NCBI GenBank assembly: GCA_964016885.1
Contig: OZ024742.1
Location: 212,412,001-212,476,000 of the forward strand
DNA from: Eledone cirrhosa
Lineage: Eukaryota
DNA length: 64,000 nucleotides
Reading direction: 5' to 3'
Part shown: positions 12,126 to 26,162 of the stretch, piece after piece
Position numbering within the stretch: the stretch's first letter is position 1
Layout: the number at the start of each line of letters is the position of its first letter
Translations under genes and position numbers: made by a program
Notes under the pieces: generated by a model
What the model saw: only the letters and a program-made list of their open reading frames with translations
Told to the model about the DNA's origin: nothing
Database searches by the model: none

Positions 12126-15100
12126 GATTTACAATAGTGTTTTGACAGTTTAACAAAATAATGAAAAATGGTAGGTTGGAAACATTGATTTAATAAAAAG
12201 TCTATACAAGGCCTTAATTACAAAATAACTCCATGGGGATATTAGCTACAGAATTTAGGCCTGAGCTGTTCTTCTGTGACCTTGGATATGGTGTGAAGGA
12301 GGAAAGGGAGCAAGGTAAGGGAATGGTACTAGTTAGTCCTTGAATTAATAAGAAAAATGAGAATAGGGGGGGGGGGGGCATGAATGTTAGCTATCCTGCA
12401 CCAGAGCTTAATGCTGTAATTTGTTTGACAAGATGCTTATACATTTGTCTTGCCATTAATACAGTAGTTTTATGGCTTGCACAGCTGATGTAAGTATTAC
12501 ACTAGACATCTGTATTATGGAGCTTGTAGCATTTAGATAAACACTAAACATATTCTATCTAGGGCCTATTAGGATATTATACACACACAAATTATATATA
12601 TATATGTATGTATGTAAATATTGCATAGACACACATGCTTGCATGACAGTACTGAGCCATATTTGTTGTTCACTGCTGTAAAGGTAGGCATTGCTGACAC
12701 CACAAAGAAGAAGAAGAAGAAGACAAAGAAGAAGACGAAGAAGACGAAGACGACATTATTATTATTATAATTCAAGAATTAAGTTAGAGATATATTGTAT
12801 AGTTGGTATCATTTGTGTTGCTATAATCACAATAATTTTCAGTTGATAAGTAAAATTATCAACAGCAAACAGAATATACCTTTAAGATGGCATCACCATT
12901 CTTGATTTATTACCTACCTGGATTTTACAGTTAGCAAGATGGCTAAAACAAGAACAAAAAGACATTGCATTGATAGGCCAGTCTGAAAGTACAACACCTA
13001 AAACCCTTAAAGAAGTGGGTTGGGAGATTGCGGCAGATAAGATAAGATTGATTATAAGAAGTTAGAAGGAAAAGGAATAAAAAAAAAAAATGAAAGAAGA
13101 AATACTTCAACAAAAAGCTAACAAATACTCACAACCACATTATTTGAAGAGAAATAAATATCAGAATTAAATAGAGTAATCTACATATTTCTTAGAAGAA
13201 AATATTTCATCCATATTAGTAATGAAGGCTTGTAAGCAAGAAGGGAATATATGTGTGTGTATATAGGTTAAGTCTTAAACTGCAAGATATGTAGAAAAAA
13301 ATGATATACATACATATATAAAACAGAAGAGTGCAAGAAAAATAAATAACTTCTAGATGTTGTGAGAAGTGTTCTCAAAAGATATCAGGGAAATAAAATA
13401 TGAAAAGAAAAACAATCCTTTGGTAGGTGAAACAGTGAAAGCTTTTTTTTTAATATTTTATTTTCTTTTTTTAGAATTTAGCTGGAATAACATGAACTGG
13501 AAGGAAGAATAAGTAAAGGAGATTCACAATATTATTAAAAACAATAAGTAGAAAAATGTTCATTCTCTCAATTACTGATGTATATTGATGTGCAGATAAA
13601 ATATGTCAAAAGACATTGAAAAGGGGTAATGTGTAGGTAGTCAGGATTACTTAAATAATTGGTAGCTTAGTTGCTTCCATAGTACTTAGTACCAGTGTCT
13701 ACCAAGCTCTGTATTCTGTCTTGGAATTTTTAGACAGGAAATATAGAAAAACAGTACATCAAGGTGTCTTCAGTAAGAGGAACAATAAGGAGGAGAAAAT
13801 AACCAACAAATCAAAATGTCTTCAACAAGTCTTAGTGATAGTCAAAAGAACAACTTTTTTTTTAAAGATTTTGTTTTTATTTATATTTTTAATTAAAAAA
13901 ATTCAACAAATAGTGCTTAGAGGAGTGTAGGGCAGGAAGCGGAGGACTTGATGTACTGTTTATGTCGTGTAACAAGACATTATCAACAACTTTTCTGCCA
14001 GTTTTATGTTGTATCTGAGTTGTTGGGTAGATTTCATGTTATGTGGTTAGAGTTAACATAAAAAAGAATAAACAACAAATAAAAATTAAAAGAACTAAAC
14101 AAAACAAAAACAATTAAAATAAAATAAACAGCTACCACTGCACTATATCATTGTTTTCAGTACTATCTGCTAGTAAAATATCTCAGCTAAATCTGATAGA
14201 TTAATCATTTAACTTTGTCAAGTTTTAACTGAAATGTAACTTTCAATATTCTAGAATGTATTTATACATACCCACAACACACACAGACAACTGCATGCTA
14301 GTGTATGTATACCACAGACAATTTTATTTTTGATTTATTTACATATATTTCAGGGGAGTACTCATGAATATTTCTCAAGATTTAAGAAAATTCTTATTCT
14401 GGCCTTAGACATCATTATCCTACTAACATTTTTTTTTGTTTACATCACAGCTGTTTGCCTTTCTGATGCTCGGAATGCTATCAGTTGTCGGCTATAGGTT
14501 AACACCACCATCTTAATTAAAACTGCATCAATGCCCAAGGATCAACAGAGTCAACACGTACAAAGCTTGCAAGGGAAATTAGTTCAACTTTAGAGAAATT
14601 CCCAATTCTTTGTGTAACTCTTTAATACACCCACACTCACACATATATATATAACTAATAATATATTTCTTCATTGTACTGTGTCATTTGCTTTATTATT
14701 CTGTTTGCCTTTTGTGTGTATATATATATATGTGTATGCGTGTGTAAATATGTGTCTATGGGTGGCTGAACTCATGAATTCCATTACTTGAACTTATCAA
14801 TAACAATAATCAATGCTATAATTTCAACAATGTAAAGTTTGTCACTGGTCTAGGTTCAGTTCATAGTCCTAACTGGTTTAAAGTATGTTTAAATAGTTTA
14901 AACAAACCAAATAGGTATTAAATATCTAAATGCCCAAGACATTTAAAATACAGATACACCAAACACCCACACATATAAAAGTTTGTCACTAAAATATTCT
15001 ATGGGGGGAAAAATAAAAAGTCTTTTTTAATAATAACAATAATAAACAGTAATAAAATAAAACTTGAAACAGTTTAATAACAGATCTAACAGACTTTTAT

Positions 15101-17246
15101 ATACTCTGAAAACAGAATAATGGTTTAAGGTTAATAAAGGTGTGAATTGGACTTAAAGGGATAGAAAATGTAACTTCAGAAATAAGCCATGTTGTAGTCC
15201 TCCAGAAGAGTCATTGCACAGGTATTTTTACTTTTTTCTTAGAACTTATTGATATATTTAACTTTTTTTTTTAAAATTTCATTTCCACTTATTTCTTCTG
15301 GGGATGGTTTATGTTGATTACTATTGGCTTACAGAAAGGGGCTGAATATCAAGCAGTAATAGTAGTTATAACAAAAAGAAAACACCAGGAAGACATCACT
15401 GGCTGGGTAATTTGGTAATTTCTTCATTCATTGTAGAAATGCACATCGTTCATTGTAGCACGGTCATGGTTATCCCAAACCTGTGGTAGCAAGCAAAGTT
15501 GTAGTGGGCAGCAAAAACGCAGTGTGCAATTGATGGTAGCTGTTGTTCATGTATAGAGGATATTGACTGGTAAATAGTTGTTGTAACAGCGGTATTATTA
15601 AACAGCTAGGTGATAGTGCTATTATGGTCAGTACATTGGCAATGCTGTATCTGTATGTGGTGGAGCTGGGCTCGTGATGAACTTGCAATGAAATGTGCAG
15701 CTTACAAAAATAAGGGTGGGTACTTTTAAAAGATTGTGAAAGACAGGACAACTTAATTTACATGACGGATTAGAATTAACTTATTTCTTCCCGAATACAA
15801 AATACCAAAAATTTCAACAATCCCAGTAAAAGCAGAAGTAAACAGTGTCAAGGGGAGATAATTTACTAACATTGCTGTTTTTTATTTTTTTTGAATGATA
15901 ATGTTTTTTTTTTCCATTTTGAACAATTTATATATTTTTTTAATTTTTAAATAATCATTTAAAAATGTTATTCCTCTATCTCAGTACAGAAGAGAATGTT
16001 GACTGAGAAGAGTAGTAGTTACCCAAGGTGTGTCAGGGTATAAAGAGAGGAAAGGGTTTAGATGACCTTGTAGCAAGCACTCAAATAATCACTGATTAAC
16101 AAAAAAAATAAAAGAAAAAAATAACAAAAAGAAAAATTGTTTAAAATTTCAAAACAAAACCAATCCATAGTTAAGGGTCACCTGGAAAAAACTATTAAGC
16201 TGAGATTTTATTTTCATTTTTTTTTACACCTTTAAAATCATTAATTGTTGATGATTTATTATTGAAATAGGCTTTTAATAGATTTAAATGAATTACATTT
16301 TCAAATACAATGAAAATGTTTAAAAAAAATATTCCATGATTATATATATATACATATATATATATAAGTTGTTTGAGATAACATTTTCTATTTAAAACAA
16401 GCCAGATAAAGTATTCTTTAAATTTAATATAACAAATTTAGTATTGAGCAACATTTCCATAATGTTACTACAATTAACAGTAAGGCTTCATGCCTATTTA
16501 AGAAGTTCTTATTATCCTCAACCCCATTATTATTATTATTATTATTATTATTATCATCATTATTTTTTTCTTCTTATTAGCTCCACAGTCCAAAATAAAG
16601 AATGTGTTTGTTTCGGAAATTTTGTAAAAAGATGAAAGAATCAATTCTATCCCAATGAGAGGCTTGCATACAATGACAAGGCAGTATTTAAATCCAGATG
16701 CTGGTATTGGGAACATCCCAGACAACATCTGCTCATAAACTTCCCTAGTAATCAATACTGCCACAACTGGTATAAAAGAGTTGAAGAAAATTTTAAACTT
16801 TCCTAGTGGCATTTGAAAAGTCAAAACTCCCTTCACCTCAGAAAATTACCATACTTAATAATGAATTTTCATGTTAAATTTTACATTTTATTTTTCAGAT
16901 AATTTTATAATTTATTAATTCAAAATTTTTTTTTACTAGAAAGGAAGCATTTTTTTTATTGAAGAAAAGGAAAGAAACATCACATCACAAAACAGCATTT
17001 ACCAATTGTATTTGCAGGTTGCCAGCAGGGGAGGGGTAAAGAACCATTAAATAGGTATAAAATATGTATACATTGAATTCTGATATAATCATACATCCCA
17101 GGTAGCAAATCGTACAAGGTGAGATCAACAGAGCTGTTCACAGCTGGACCCTGCACACACAGCTCAGCATTCCCCTGCATGTGATGGTTCACTCCAGCCC
17201 GGAAGAATAACAGCCTTGGTGGAGAGAAGAGGATGTTTGTCCTCCA

Positions 17247-17374
17247 TTACGCTTTCTCCTTGTTATTGGTATTGACTGCATCTCTTCTCGGGGGCATGCG
17301 TTCATTCAATTTATCCAAACTTTTGGCCTCATCGAACCCACTAATTTTGTGGGTAGGAGAAAAACCACTGAGTG
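17247..17374 (-). CDS. PPP3C: Calcineurin A terminal coding exon (autoinhibitory domain)
   Basis: Acceptor ccattgcag, phase 1; encodes (A)[41 protein letters not shown], matching the calcineurin A ITSFEEAKGLDRINERMPP segment. Confidence 0.96.
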
Positions 17375-18036
17375 CTGCAATGGAATTAAAATAAAATAGA
17401 AATGGTCAAATAACAACATATTCTAACAAACATATATATATATGTAAATTTGAATAAATTAACAGCTGGAAAATAAAAAAGGACAACAAATGAATTTTAA
17501 TAAAATATCGTAAATAATGAATAATTTGAAAAAGTATGAATATTTTTATAGAGTTTAATAACCTTAATGAACCTAACTGAAAGCAATGTAATTTTATAAT
17601 GTTAGGAGCTTACTCTGCCTTTGCCACAGGTTGGCCTGGTATTGCAGTATTTCCAGAACTCAGCCCATCTAAAGAATACTTTTGATAATTTTTTTGTAGG
17701 TGTGATATTTGATGTCATTTAACTGTTGCTTATTGGAATGGATTGAATATTTTTATTTTTTTCTAAAAATTCCAACTTTTTTCAGTCTAAGCCATTTCAA
17801 CACCAACTGCCATCATGTTAGATGAAGAATTACATGGCGATGTAATTGAAGACAACATCTCAGATCACTGGGCATACTGTCTATGTTTTAAACGATAGAA
17901 ATCATACTGGAGCTCATAAAACTCATTAAACCTGGCAAAAGTATACAAGTCAAGAAAGAGATGTTTGCATAAATATCTCCAACTTGGCTTATTAATTAAT
18001 CCTTTGATAATACTTTTCTCAAAGGATGTACATTAT

Positions 18037-18039
<3 letters not shown>

Positions 18040-18117
<78 letters not shown>
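18040..18117. repeat. (GA)n microsatellite
   Basis: Uninterrupted GA run. Confidence 0.98.
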
Positions 18118-18121
<4 letters not shown>

Positions 18122-20602
18122 GTATTAAAAATATTTAGTTTTACAATAGACAATTTTTCTAAAGACAGATCTCATAATTTCCTAAATATATTGTAATTTA
18201 AGGACTTTTGTATTCCAGTTTCATCAAAGATATACTATTAAAATATTTTCTTCAAATAATTTATAAATAATTTAATTCATTAAGAATTTGATATGATTTG
18301 CTTCAATAGAAAAATATTCATGTCATCATGTTCAGCTTTGTATCTATTCCAATAAGTGAAATGATTTTAGATTACAATTCAATATGAGTGTTATAATGGT
18401 TGTGGTATTGATCAATTAGTTGTAATACTATTTGATAGTCATATGATATAATTTTTTTGGAGATATTTAAGTCAATCAAAATCAATGTTTAAATTGTTTC
18501 AGATAATGATTATGAGCTTATCTGTGCATGTATGAATATGTGTGTATATGAGTGGCATACATAATTATTAGACACTTTACTTTGTCTGAAGATATTTAAT
18601 TGTATTAAAACAGACCCAAAGGATAAACACATCCTTTGTTTTATTTCCATTATATCAGAATACAAAGAAAACAATTCTCATATACGAAACAGAGGGCACA
18701 GAAAATAACCAACATATAACTGAAACAGATATTCTAACATTCAATTTGTACTAAACAAACCAATGTAGAGAAAACAATAAAAGCAATTATTTGATACAAA
18801 AGTTGCTCTTGGAACACCTCACAAACTATGTCTTATAAAACAAAACAAAAAAAAAACAAAACAAAACAAAAACATCTAGTCTAATAATACGTGCTACCAA
18901 TCTCCCAGCAAGTGTTTTTGAGCATCTATATATTATTATAATTTCATTATTTAAAAGTAATAGAAATGAATAAAAAGCTATAATAAAGATATACATGTAT
19001 TTATAATAATAATAATAATAATTATAATAATGGCCTTTGTGGCCAATAAAGAAACCATTATTATTATTATTATTATTATTATTACTACTACTACTACTTC
19101 TTAATAATAGGTTGAAGACAATGTTGGTAGTAATATCTAAAAATACTAAAGCAACAGCTGCTCTAAAATTTGTCACTTGTAGTTATTTGTGATTGTCTCC
19201 AGCATAAGTAGAATTCTAGTGTGAATAATAAAGCTGGAAAGATTTGTACTGGTTTAGCTTCAAAGTGCCAGCAATCTCTTGTCACCCTAGCAGGCATCTT
19301 TGTGAAAACCAAATAAATTGGGGATTCAAATAGCAATAGTTTGTTGTTGCTACATTAACTACAACATAGCCACCTAGATACTTTAGAAGGAAACAAGGAC
19401 ATGGGATGATGTTTTAGATACAATAAAAAATATATGCAAAAGTTGAAGTTAAAACTCATGATTAATTTAATAAATAATTTATACTTCAATAAAATCTTTT
19501 GATTAAATACATTTTTCTGGTAGAGATAATTTCATTAATATTGTTCTTAAATAAATAGACAAGTTACAATTTATAATTAATACATCTGATCAAAGTCATG
19601 TAGGGTATTTTAACTGCTGATGCATGCTGGAAGTTGGCTTTTTGTGATACCTAATGTTATAATTTTCCCAACTTTAACAAAAGAAAGCAATACAAAAATA
19701 ATTTTGACATCACACGGCAAAAAAAAAAATCACTATTCACTTTATGTAGCACACAGAGGAAATAACAAACAGACGACATGAGATATAGGCAGTTGTGACA
19801 ACTCTAAACCTATTGCTTTACTGAGGAGTTCCCCCATTCAGTCTTGTTAAAAAAGCAGGTCACTCGGGCAGAGTCCATTCCATTCTAAACTATTGACTAT
19901 CACTGAATTTACAGAAATGAAACAGTATTTTAAGGATAGGAGACATGAACTTATGATGTTCATGCCTTTTCAAGGTACATTAGTAAAATACTTCTAATGA
20001 AGAACAGAAACTAGACTGCATACTCAGCTTAATTAGTTGATATCAATTGATGGCAGATGTAAACTGACTGTCAATCTGTTCCAAACTGTTAATGTATGGG
20101 GAAGGAAATGGAAAGTTCCAACAGAAAACACAGCTACTTTGCATGTCAATATAATACAAGTAGTGATTCGACTGTCATAAAATTATTTGGTTAATCAGGA
20201 GTTTGAGGTGATATTGATCATAGAAAGAAAGATAGCAACGCATAGCTATCATGATGGTAAGATGAAAGTTGTGATTTCAAAGTGGGACTTCTTGAGATGG
20301 GTTTTTACTTGAATTTAGAGTTTATAAAATATTTTCAAGCAAGTTGAAGATGTATGCTATTACAGTGGAATATAAAATGTGCAGAAAGCAAAAAGCAAAT
20401 GATAATATCTTGCTTTGAATATGAAAGCTTTTTTTTCAAATCCTGTAATAGATATAGAATGAATGTATACACGCAAGAGGTCAAAGATATTAATTTAGTA
20501 GATTATTTAAAGAACTGGTATGGAAAATTAGAGTTTTTTGTTCTTCAAGAATGTGATGAAATGAGACCTGATTAGGTCTGTATGGAATTAAAAAGTAGAT
20601 TT

Positions 20603-21119
20603 CATCATCATCATCATCGTTTAACGTCCATCTTCCACGCTTGCATGGGTTTGGACGGGAGTTTTCCCACTTGAGGCAAGATTGGTTGTCTTGCTCGTAT
20701 AGGACTCTCTGGCGGGTTTTCTACGGCTGGATGCCTTTCCTAACACCAACCACGTTTACAGTGTGGACTGGGAGGTTTTTACCGTGTTACCTACACGGCC
20801 ACATAACAGTGTGGACTGTGTGTTTTTTTTTCGTGACACCTACACGACCTCACTTATTTTGGACTGGATGTTGTGGTACCAATATAACTTTACATCGAAA
20901 GGGGTGGGGGTGGTGGGACGGGGGTGTATTTTTGTTAGAGGTGTCTACTGACTGTAGGTTTCGCTTTGTACTTAGGCAAGGCGGGTCTTCTATATTACTG
21001 TGTAGCGTCAAAGATCTCAGTCCAGTGACATTGTCTTGGAGAGGTGTAAGTGTGTGAGGTCGGAATTTATCAAGTCGTCCCAGGTTTTTCTGGGTCTGCC
21101 TACACCGTGGCTACCGTCT
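20603..21119 (-). mobile_element. RTE-clade LINE 3' end with 3' UTR and (TGA)n tail
   Basis: Minus strand DGSHGVGRPRKTWDDLINSDLTHLHLSK, then GGTTGGTGTTAGGAAAGGCATCCAGCCGTAGAAA and GGACGTTAAACGATGATG; same family as 34090-34677. Confidence 0.85.
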
Positions 21120-23229
21120 ATTTTTATTTTTCTTGGAAATAATGTAGCAATGGCACCTTTAATTGTTTAAAAGGTACATTGGTTTAGAAGTTATATTGAA
21201 GCCTCATCAAATTTTACAAAATTAACACTGGTTTGTAATAAGAAAGGGTAGACCAACCCAAACTTCATATATAATTAATGAAAAATATATACTTTCTTAT
21301 TTTGAAGTGATCAGTTGAAATTAAAAAAAAAAAAATTATATTTGCAGTCCCATGAAGTTTTTACTGACAATTTCAGTGAAGTTTTAAAACTAATATATAT
21401 ATATATATATTACCTGGCTTGACATATCTAATTCCTGTTCAATATGATTAATTTTGTTGGCTCTTGTCTGTAGAATTACTTAAATCATTTGCTAATATCA
21501 TTTTCTAACAAGCAAGCACACATTGTACTTCAGTTGATTTTATAGCAACCAACTGCTCTTGCATTGAAATGTCTATATTGTGACAACACTGAATTTGGAA
21601 AGCAGCCTAAAACCAGACAAGAAGCTATAAACAACAGTTATTTCTACAAATCAAGACATCAACAAAAACAACAAAAAGAAATTAGTTTCTAGCAGTAGCA
21701 GCAGCAGCAGCAGAAGCAGTAATCGTGATGAAACACAAAAGAAAGCAGGTACTAGGTAAAGCTATGAACACTATGATTTTTTTTTTTTAAAGAACAGTTA
21801 AACTAATTAACTTATATTTGTGGAATTTTGCAAAAAGCAAAGCCAAATAAATATTTAAATAAGCAAATAGAAACCAAAGAATCAGCCTGAACCAATGTTG
21901 TTTGAAGTAAAAACATGTGAAGCAGTTGAACAGTTAGATGGCTGAATGCATAACTAACTCTATTTAGCACTACATTAATAAGATTTTTACCATGTAGTGA
22001 AAATTTAAAGTAATCACTGTAATCAACAAACCACTATACACAGAAATAACCTTAAGTTGTTGATACTTGAAGATGGATGAGCATTTTTAAATCCTTAATC
22101 CAAGAAGAGATTAATTAACCTTCTCTAGTATATAATCATGTTAATTAGAACAATCCATCATATATATCTTTAATCTATTAAAATATTACTATATAGTATT
22201 TGCTTTTAACTGTTGAAATAGTATTAACTTCAACCATGTAAGTTCATATGTAGGATGAATATTTTACTGACAGAAAGTTATTTTTATGCAAACTATTGTA
22301 TGCTTGGAATTTTAAATGCTTCCTGAGCATTACTAAATCTATAGCCAAAATAAAATAATAATAAAATTTAAATAAAAAAGAACAGTTTTTGTTTAAGATC
22401 TTGTCATTTAGTAGGCTTAACTGATTTAAAGAAGTTTAAGGGTATTCAGAAATGGTTTTAGTAATTAAGATAAATACTCAAAATTGTTTATGAATGCAAA
22501 AAGAAAAATGACCAAAACACCCCTCTTTACATCTTAAAATTCCCTAGAGAATAATTAATTTTATATATACATTTTAAACAATTGGACACTATCATAGCAT
22601 TCAAGTAGTAAATCACAAGTGTTTAAATTATTTTAATAGATAGCTTTATCCTGTAGGAAATATTACCTTAATAGCAGCCAATAAATAAATACAAAAATGT
22701 TTAGTGGTGAAAGTACGTTAAAGTAAATAAGAATAAAAAAAAAAAGAAAGAAAAATAATGAAAAAATTATTTAAAAGTTGGGAAGATTATACAATGCTAA
22801 AGATTAAAATTGCATTATAAAAGACCGAGAGAACGGACATTTCAAAAAAGTCTACATTTTGGTTTTTAAATTTTTTAAGTTTCCGAGAATTTATTTTGTC
22901 TTTATTACAATGTATATACAAAATATTAGAGAAATTCAATAAAGTAATCATTTCGTTTACTTAATTTCATCAATATTTTTGAAAACTCAAGATTTATAAT
23001 TGGATATTTATCATTGGATATCTGAAACAGTCAGTAAATGTGGTAAAAACCCAATGAAGTTAAATTGTTTCTCCAGTTTTGTTGGTATTTTATTTTAAGC
23101 TGAGGAATGCAAATATATTTTAAAGTGAATTTCATTTTCCAGCTTTAGATTTTAGTAAAACATATGATAAATGTTGGTTTGTATTATTTATGGTTAAAAC
23201 AGTTAAATATTCTTTAACTATATATTTTT

Positions 23230-23270
<41 letters not shown>

Positions 23271-24046
23271 AAACAACGATAATGATGATAATAAAAATAT
23301 ATAGTAAGATAATATTTATTTTTGTAAGTACTGATTTCTAGTTTTTCTTTTATACAGAAATAATAAAAAAAAATTATTAAAGAAACTATTCTATATTTAT
23401 AACATCTATCTATATATATTTTAAAAGCAATTAGTAGATATATTTAGCTATAATGCATGTTAGCAAAACACCAGGAGGGATAAAAGGAAAATTTATTATT
23501 TGCAAATATTTTTCTATATATCAATTAAAAAAAATAATTCCCACCCAGTTCAGCGCAGTTGAGAGTGCTATTAACAGTATGCGATAAGGCCATTATATGT
23601 TGCATGTAATGATTGAAACAATGGTTTCCTAAATGTCTCCTGACCCAGTGAAGCAGTGGCTGAATGTTTTCTTGATAATTTCTTGTAGGATAGAAAAGCT
23701 GGAGTGAAAGCTGCAATACTTGGTTTTGATAATGATACCTTCCAATTCCTCATTTAGATTGTTATGTACTGAATAATACTATAAGGAAATGAATGAATTG
23801 CAATGAAAAATTAACAGTTACTCAGTAACTTATTTTCATATTGTGTTTGATAGCATTGTTGATTAAAATATGAGGATATCTTTTGTGTATGAAGGATAAA
23901 AATAATGGATCCCAACCTGCTGCACTTAAGTGTTGCACCATTATTTTGTTGCTGCTCTTTGCACCCCCAATAAACAAACAGTTACCTACGACTGCCGTGC
24001 ACATGCCAGTGTCTCTCAACTATACAATCCTAAATAGAAAACTAAC

Positions 24047-24082
24047 CTTTGATAGCTGGTTCCTCGTTCGGATTATCGATAG
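24047..24082 (-). CDS. PPP3C: Calcineurin A 36-nt symmetric cassette exon
   Basis: tcttttttattcattcag|CTATCG..ATCAAAG|gttagt; phase 1-1; encodes (A)IDNPNEEPAIK; sits at the position of the short alternatively spliced ATVEAIEADE exon of vertebrate calcineurin A. Confidence 0.8.
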
Positions 24083-25586
24083 CTGAATGAATAAAAAAGA
24101 CATTTAAAAAGTTGAAATGAAAAAAATGAAATACTCCACTCTGACTATGAAAAGAAAAACACTTCATAGTTGAGATAAGCGTATTTGCACCCCAACTTAG
24201 CACTGATTTATAGCAAGTACTAAAGTGTAAATAGCTAAGCCATGATTGAAATTCATCGGAAATAGTTGTAGACCTTGTTTAACCTCAGCTCAAATCCGAC
24301 CAAGCAGATCTATGACTGAAGGCATCATTACAGCTGTGATCATCCTGTTCTCTTCCCTGGCACAGTGTATCCAGGATCACGTTATCAAATGTATCACTTT
24401 TTTTCTAAAATGGTGTGATTTGAGGGAGATCTGGCTGCTATTTCTAGCATGTTGAACAAACACGTTGAGGCTCCCTTATAAGAGGTGTTGGTGACAAAAA
24501 CCAAAATGAGAAACATTAAGACTAATATTAAAAAAAAAAAAATGTTTCTGTTATTTTAAAACCATACACAAATATTTTCACACTCTGAAATTAAAACAAG
24601 GTAAAACTGCAAACAAAATTCCCTCCCCACCCCAAAAAAACCCTCCAATATTTACTGAAAAAGAATTTTACACAATTTCATTATAAAATATATTAGTCAA
24701 TATAAATATATATACATTTGAATGTACAAATATGACAAAGTGTACTTAGATATATATTAAGCAATCTGGTTCCTCTGATATGCTGTTCTGAATGGCATAA
24801 TCAGAAGGAGCCTCGGTGCAGCCAGCTTGCCATCACAACTGGAGCCAGTTGGCCCTGCTCGTGGTGATGGTAAATGCCCTGATGGAATAACCCTCTTCCC
24901 AGTCAAGACCTCATGTGTCTTTAGTCCTCGTACTGCTGATTTCCTTTGTAAAACTGGAAAGACAGCAGCCCACCTGAAGCTTGAGCCCTGTGATGTGAGG
25001 TGGCTGTTGCAGTGAGTGTCGCTGGCTATTCTCCGTGGCAACACCTTTACCATTTTGTCTGCAGGGCAAGGTTGAAACACTGTTCAGACTGGGATGTAGT
25101 CTGTTGCTTCCTCCTCGCCCCCTTTCTCTTGTTGCTTGATTCTTTCTTCTTTTCTTTTCTGTTTTTGTTTCTTTATTGCCATGTATATTACTTTATTTTA
25201 TTCACACAGGTTTTTTTTTCTACATGTGACTCTTTACCTGAAGGGTCACATGAAGCAAGAAACCCTGTATAATGACACAATGAATCTTCAACATAGAGCA
25301 AAATGAAAAAAATTATATATATATATATATTTGTATGTATAGATGCATAGTTTCTGATCGAGTAGTAGGAGCACTGTAGTGACATATAGCTTGTCTTGGA
25401 CATTTAAAACCTCATAGAGCCCATCCCTCTTCAGGTCTAAACATGGTGCCGATTTCTTCCAGAGAAGGAGAGAGAGTGAGAGAGAGTGAGAGAGAGGTAG
25501 TGAGAAAGAAATATAGAGCAAGAATCAGCCCCAGTACTGGACTGGTAATTCAACCTTGAAAGGATGAAATGTTCTATAGTAATATT

Positions 25587-25772
25587 TGTTTCTACTTTAG
25601 GCACAAGGCCAGCAATTACCCAGTGCATTACTGGTACTTTATTTTATCGACCCCGTAAGGATGAAAGGCAAAGTCAACCTCGGCGGGATTTGAACTCAGA
25701 TCGTAAAGGGACGTAACTATGCTTGAAAGCATGGCGTCCGACCCTCTACCGATACTGCCAATCCACCGCCCT
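25587..25772 (-). mobile_element. Young full-length tRNA-derived SINE with 18-bp TSD
   Basis: Direct repeat atgttctatagtaatatt at 25569-25586 and 25773-25790; intact head, B-box and core. Confidence 0.95.
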
Positions 25773-25787
25773 ATGTTCTATAGTAAT

Positions 25788-25990
25788 ATTGGTAGAGCAT
25801 CAGACACCATGCTTTGTGGCATAGAGTTACAGCCCCTTTATGTTCTGAGTTCAAACTCTGCTTAGGTTCACTTTGCCTTTCATCCTTATGAAGTTGATAA
25901 AATAAAGCACCACTCATGCACTGGTGTCGATTTAATTGACTTTCCTCTACCCCAATTACAGGTCTTATGCCTAAATGAGAAACCATTATA
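25788..25990 (+). mobile_element. Older related SINE copy, head-to-head with the preceding SINE
   Basis: GAGTTCAAACTCTG..TTTGCCTTTCATCCTTATGAAGTTGATAAAATAAAG. Confidence 0.8.
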
Positions 25991-26162
25991 TATATATATA
26001 TATGTATATAGGAACCAGTAAGACCCCACTCTACTACCCTAAGTATTGAGTACTTTGGTGCGTTATGGTCCACCTGGTTCCTTACCACATTTCCTTCGTT
26101 ATTCCGGGTTGAATCAGAGGTAACCACAGTAAGTAAGGTACTCAATACATTGCAGAGTATAA

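Noticed and set aside
21414-21467. Possible 54-nt exon (ctacag|..CAG|gtaata)
   Set aside because: Open only in phase 0; in the required phase 1 it stops after six codons, and the pyrimidine tract is weak.
24757-25270. 107-aa minus-strand ORF in a GC-richer patch
   Set aside because: No recognisable domain or consistent splice sites; looks like a decayed LINE 3' end, too degenerate to call.
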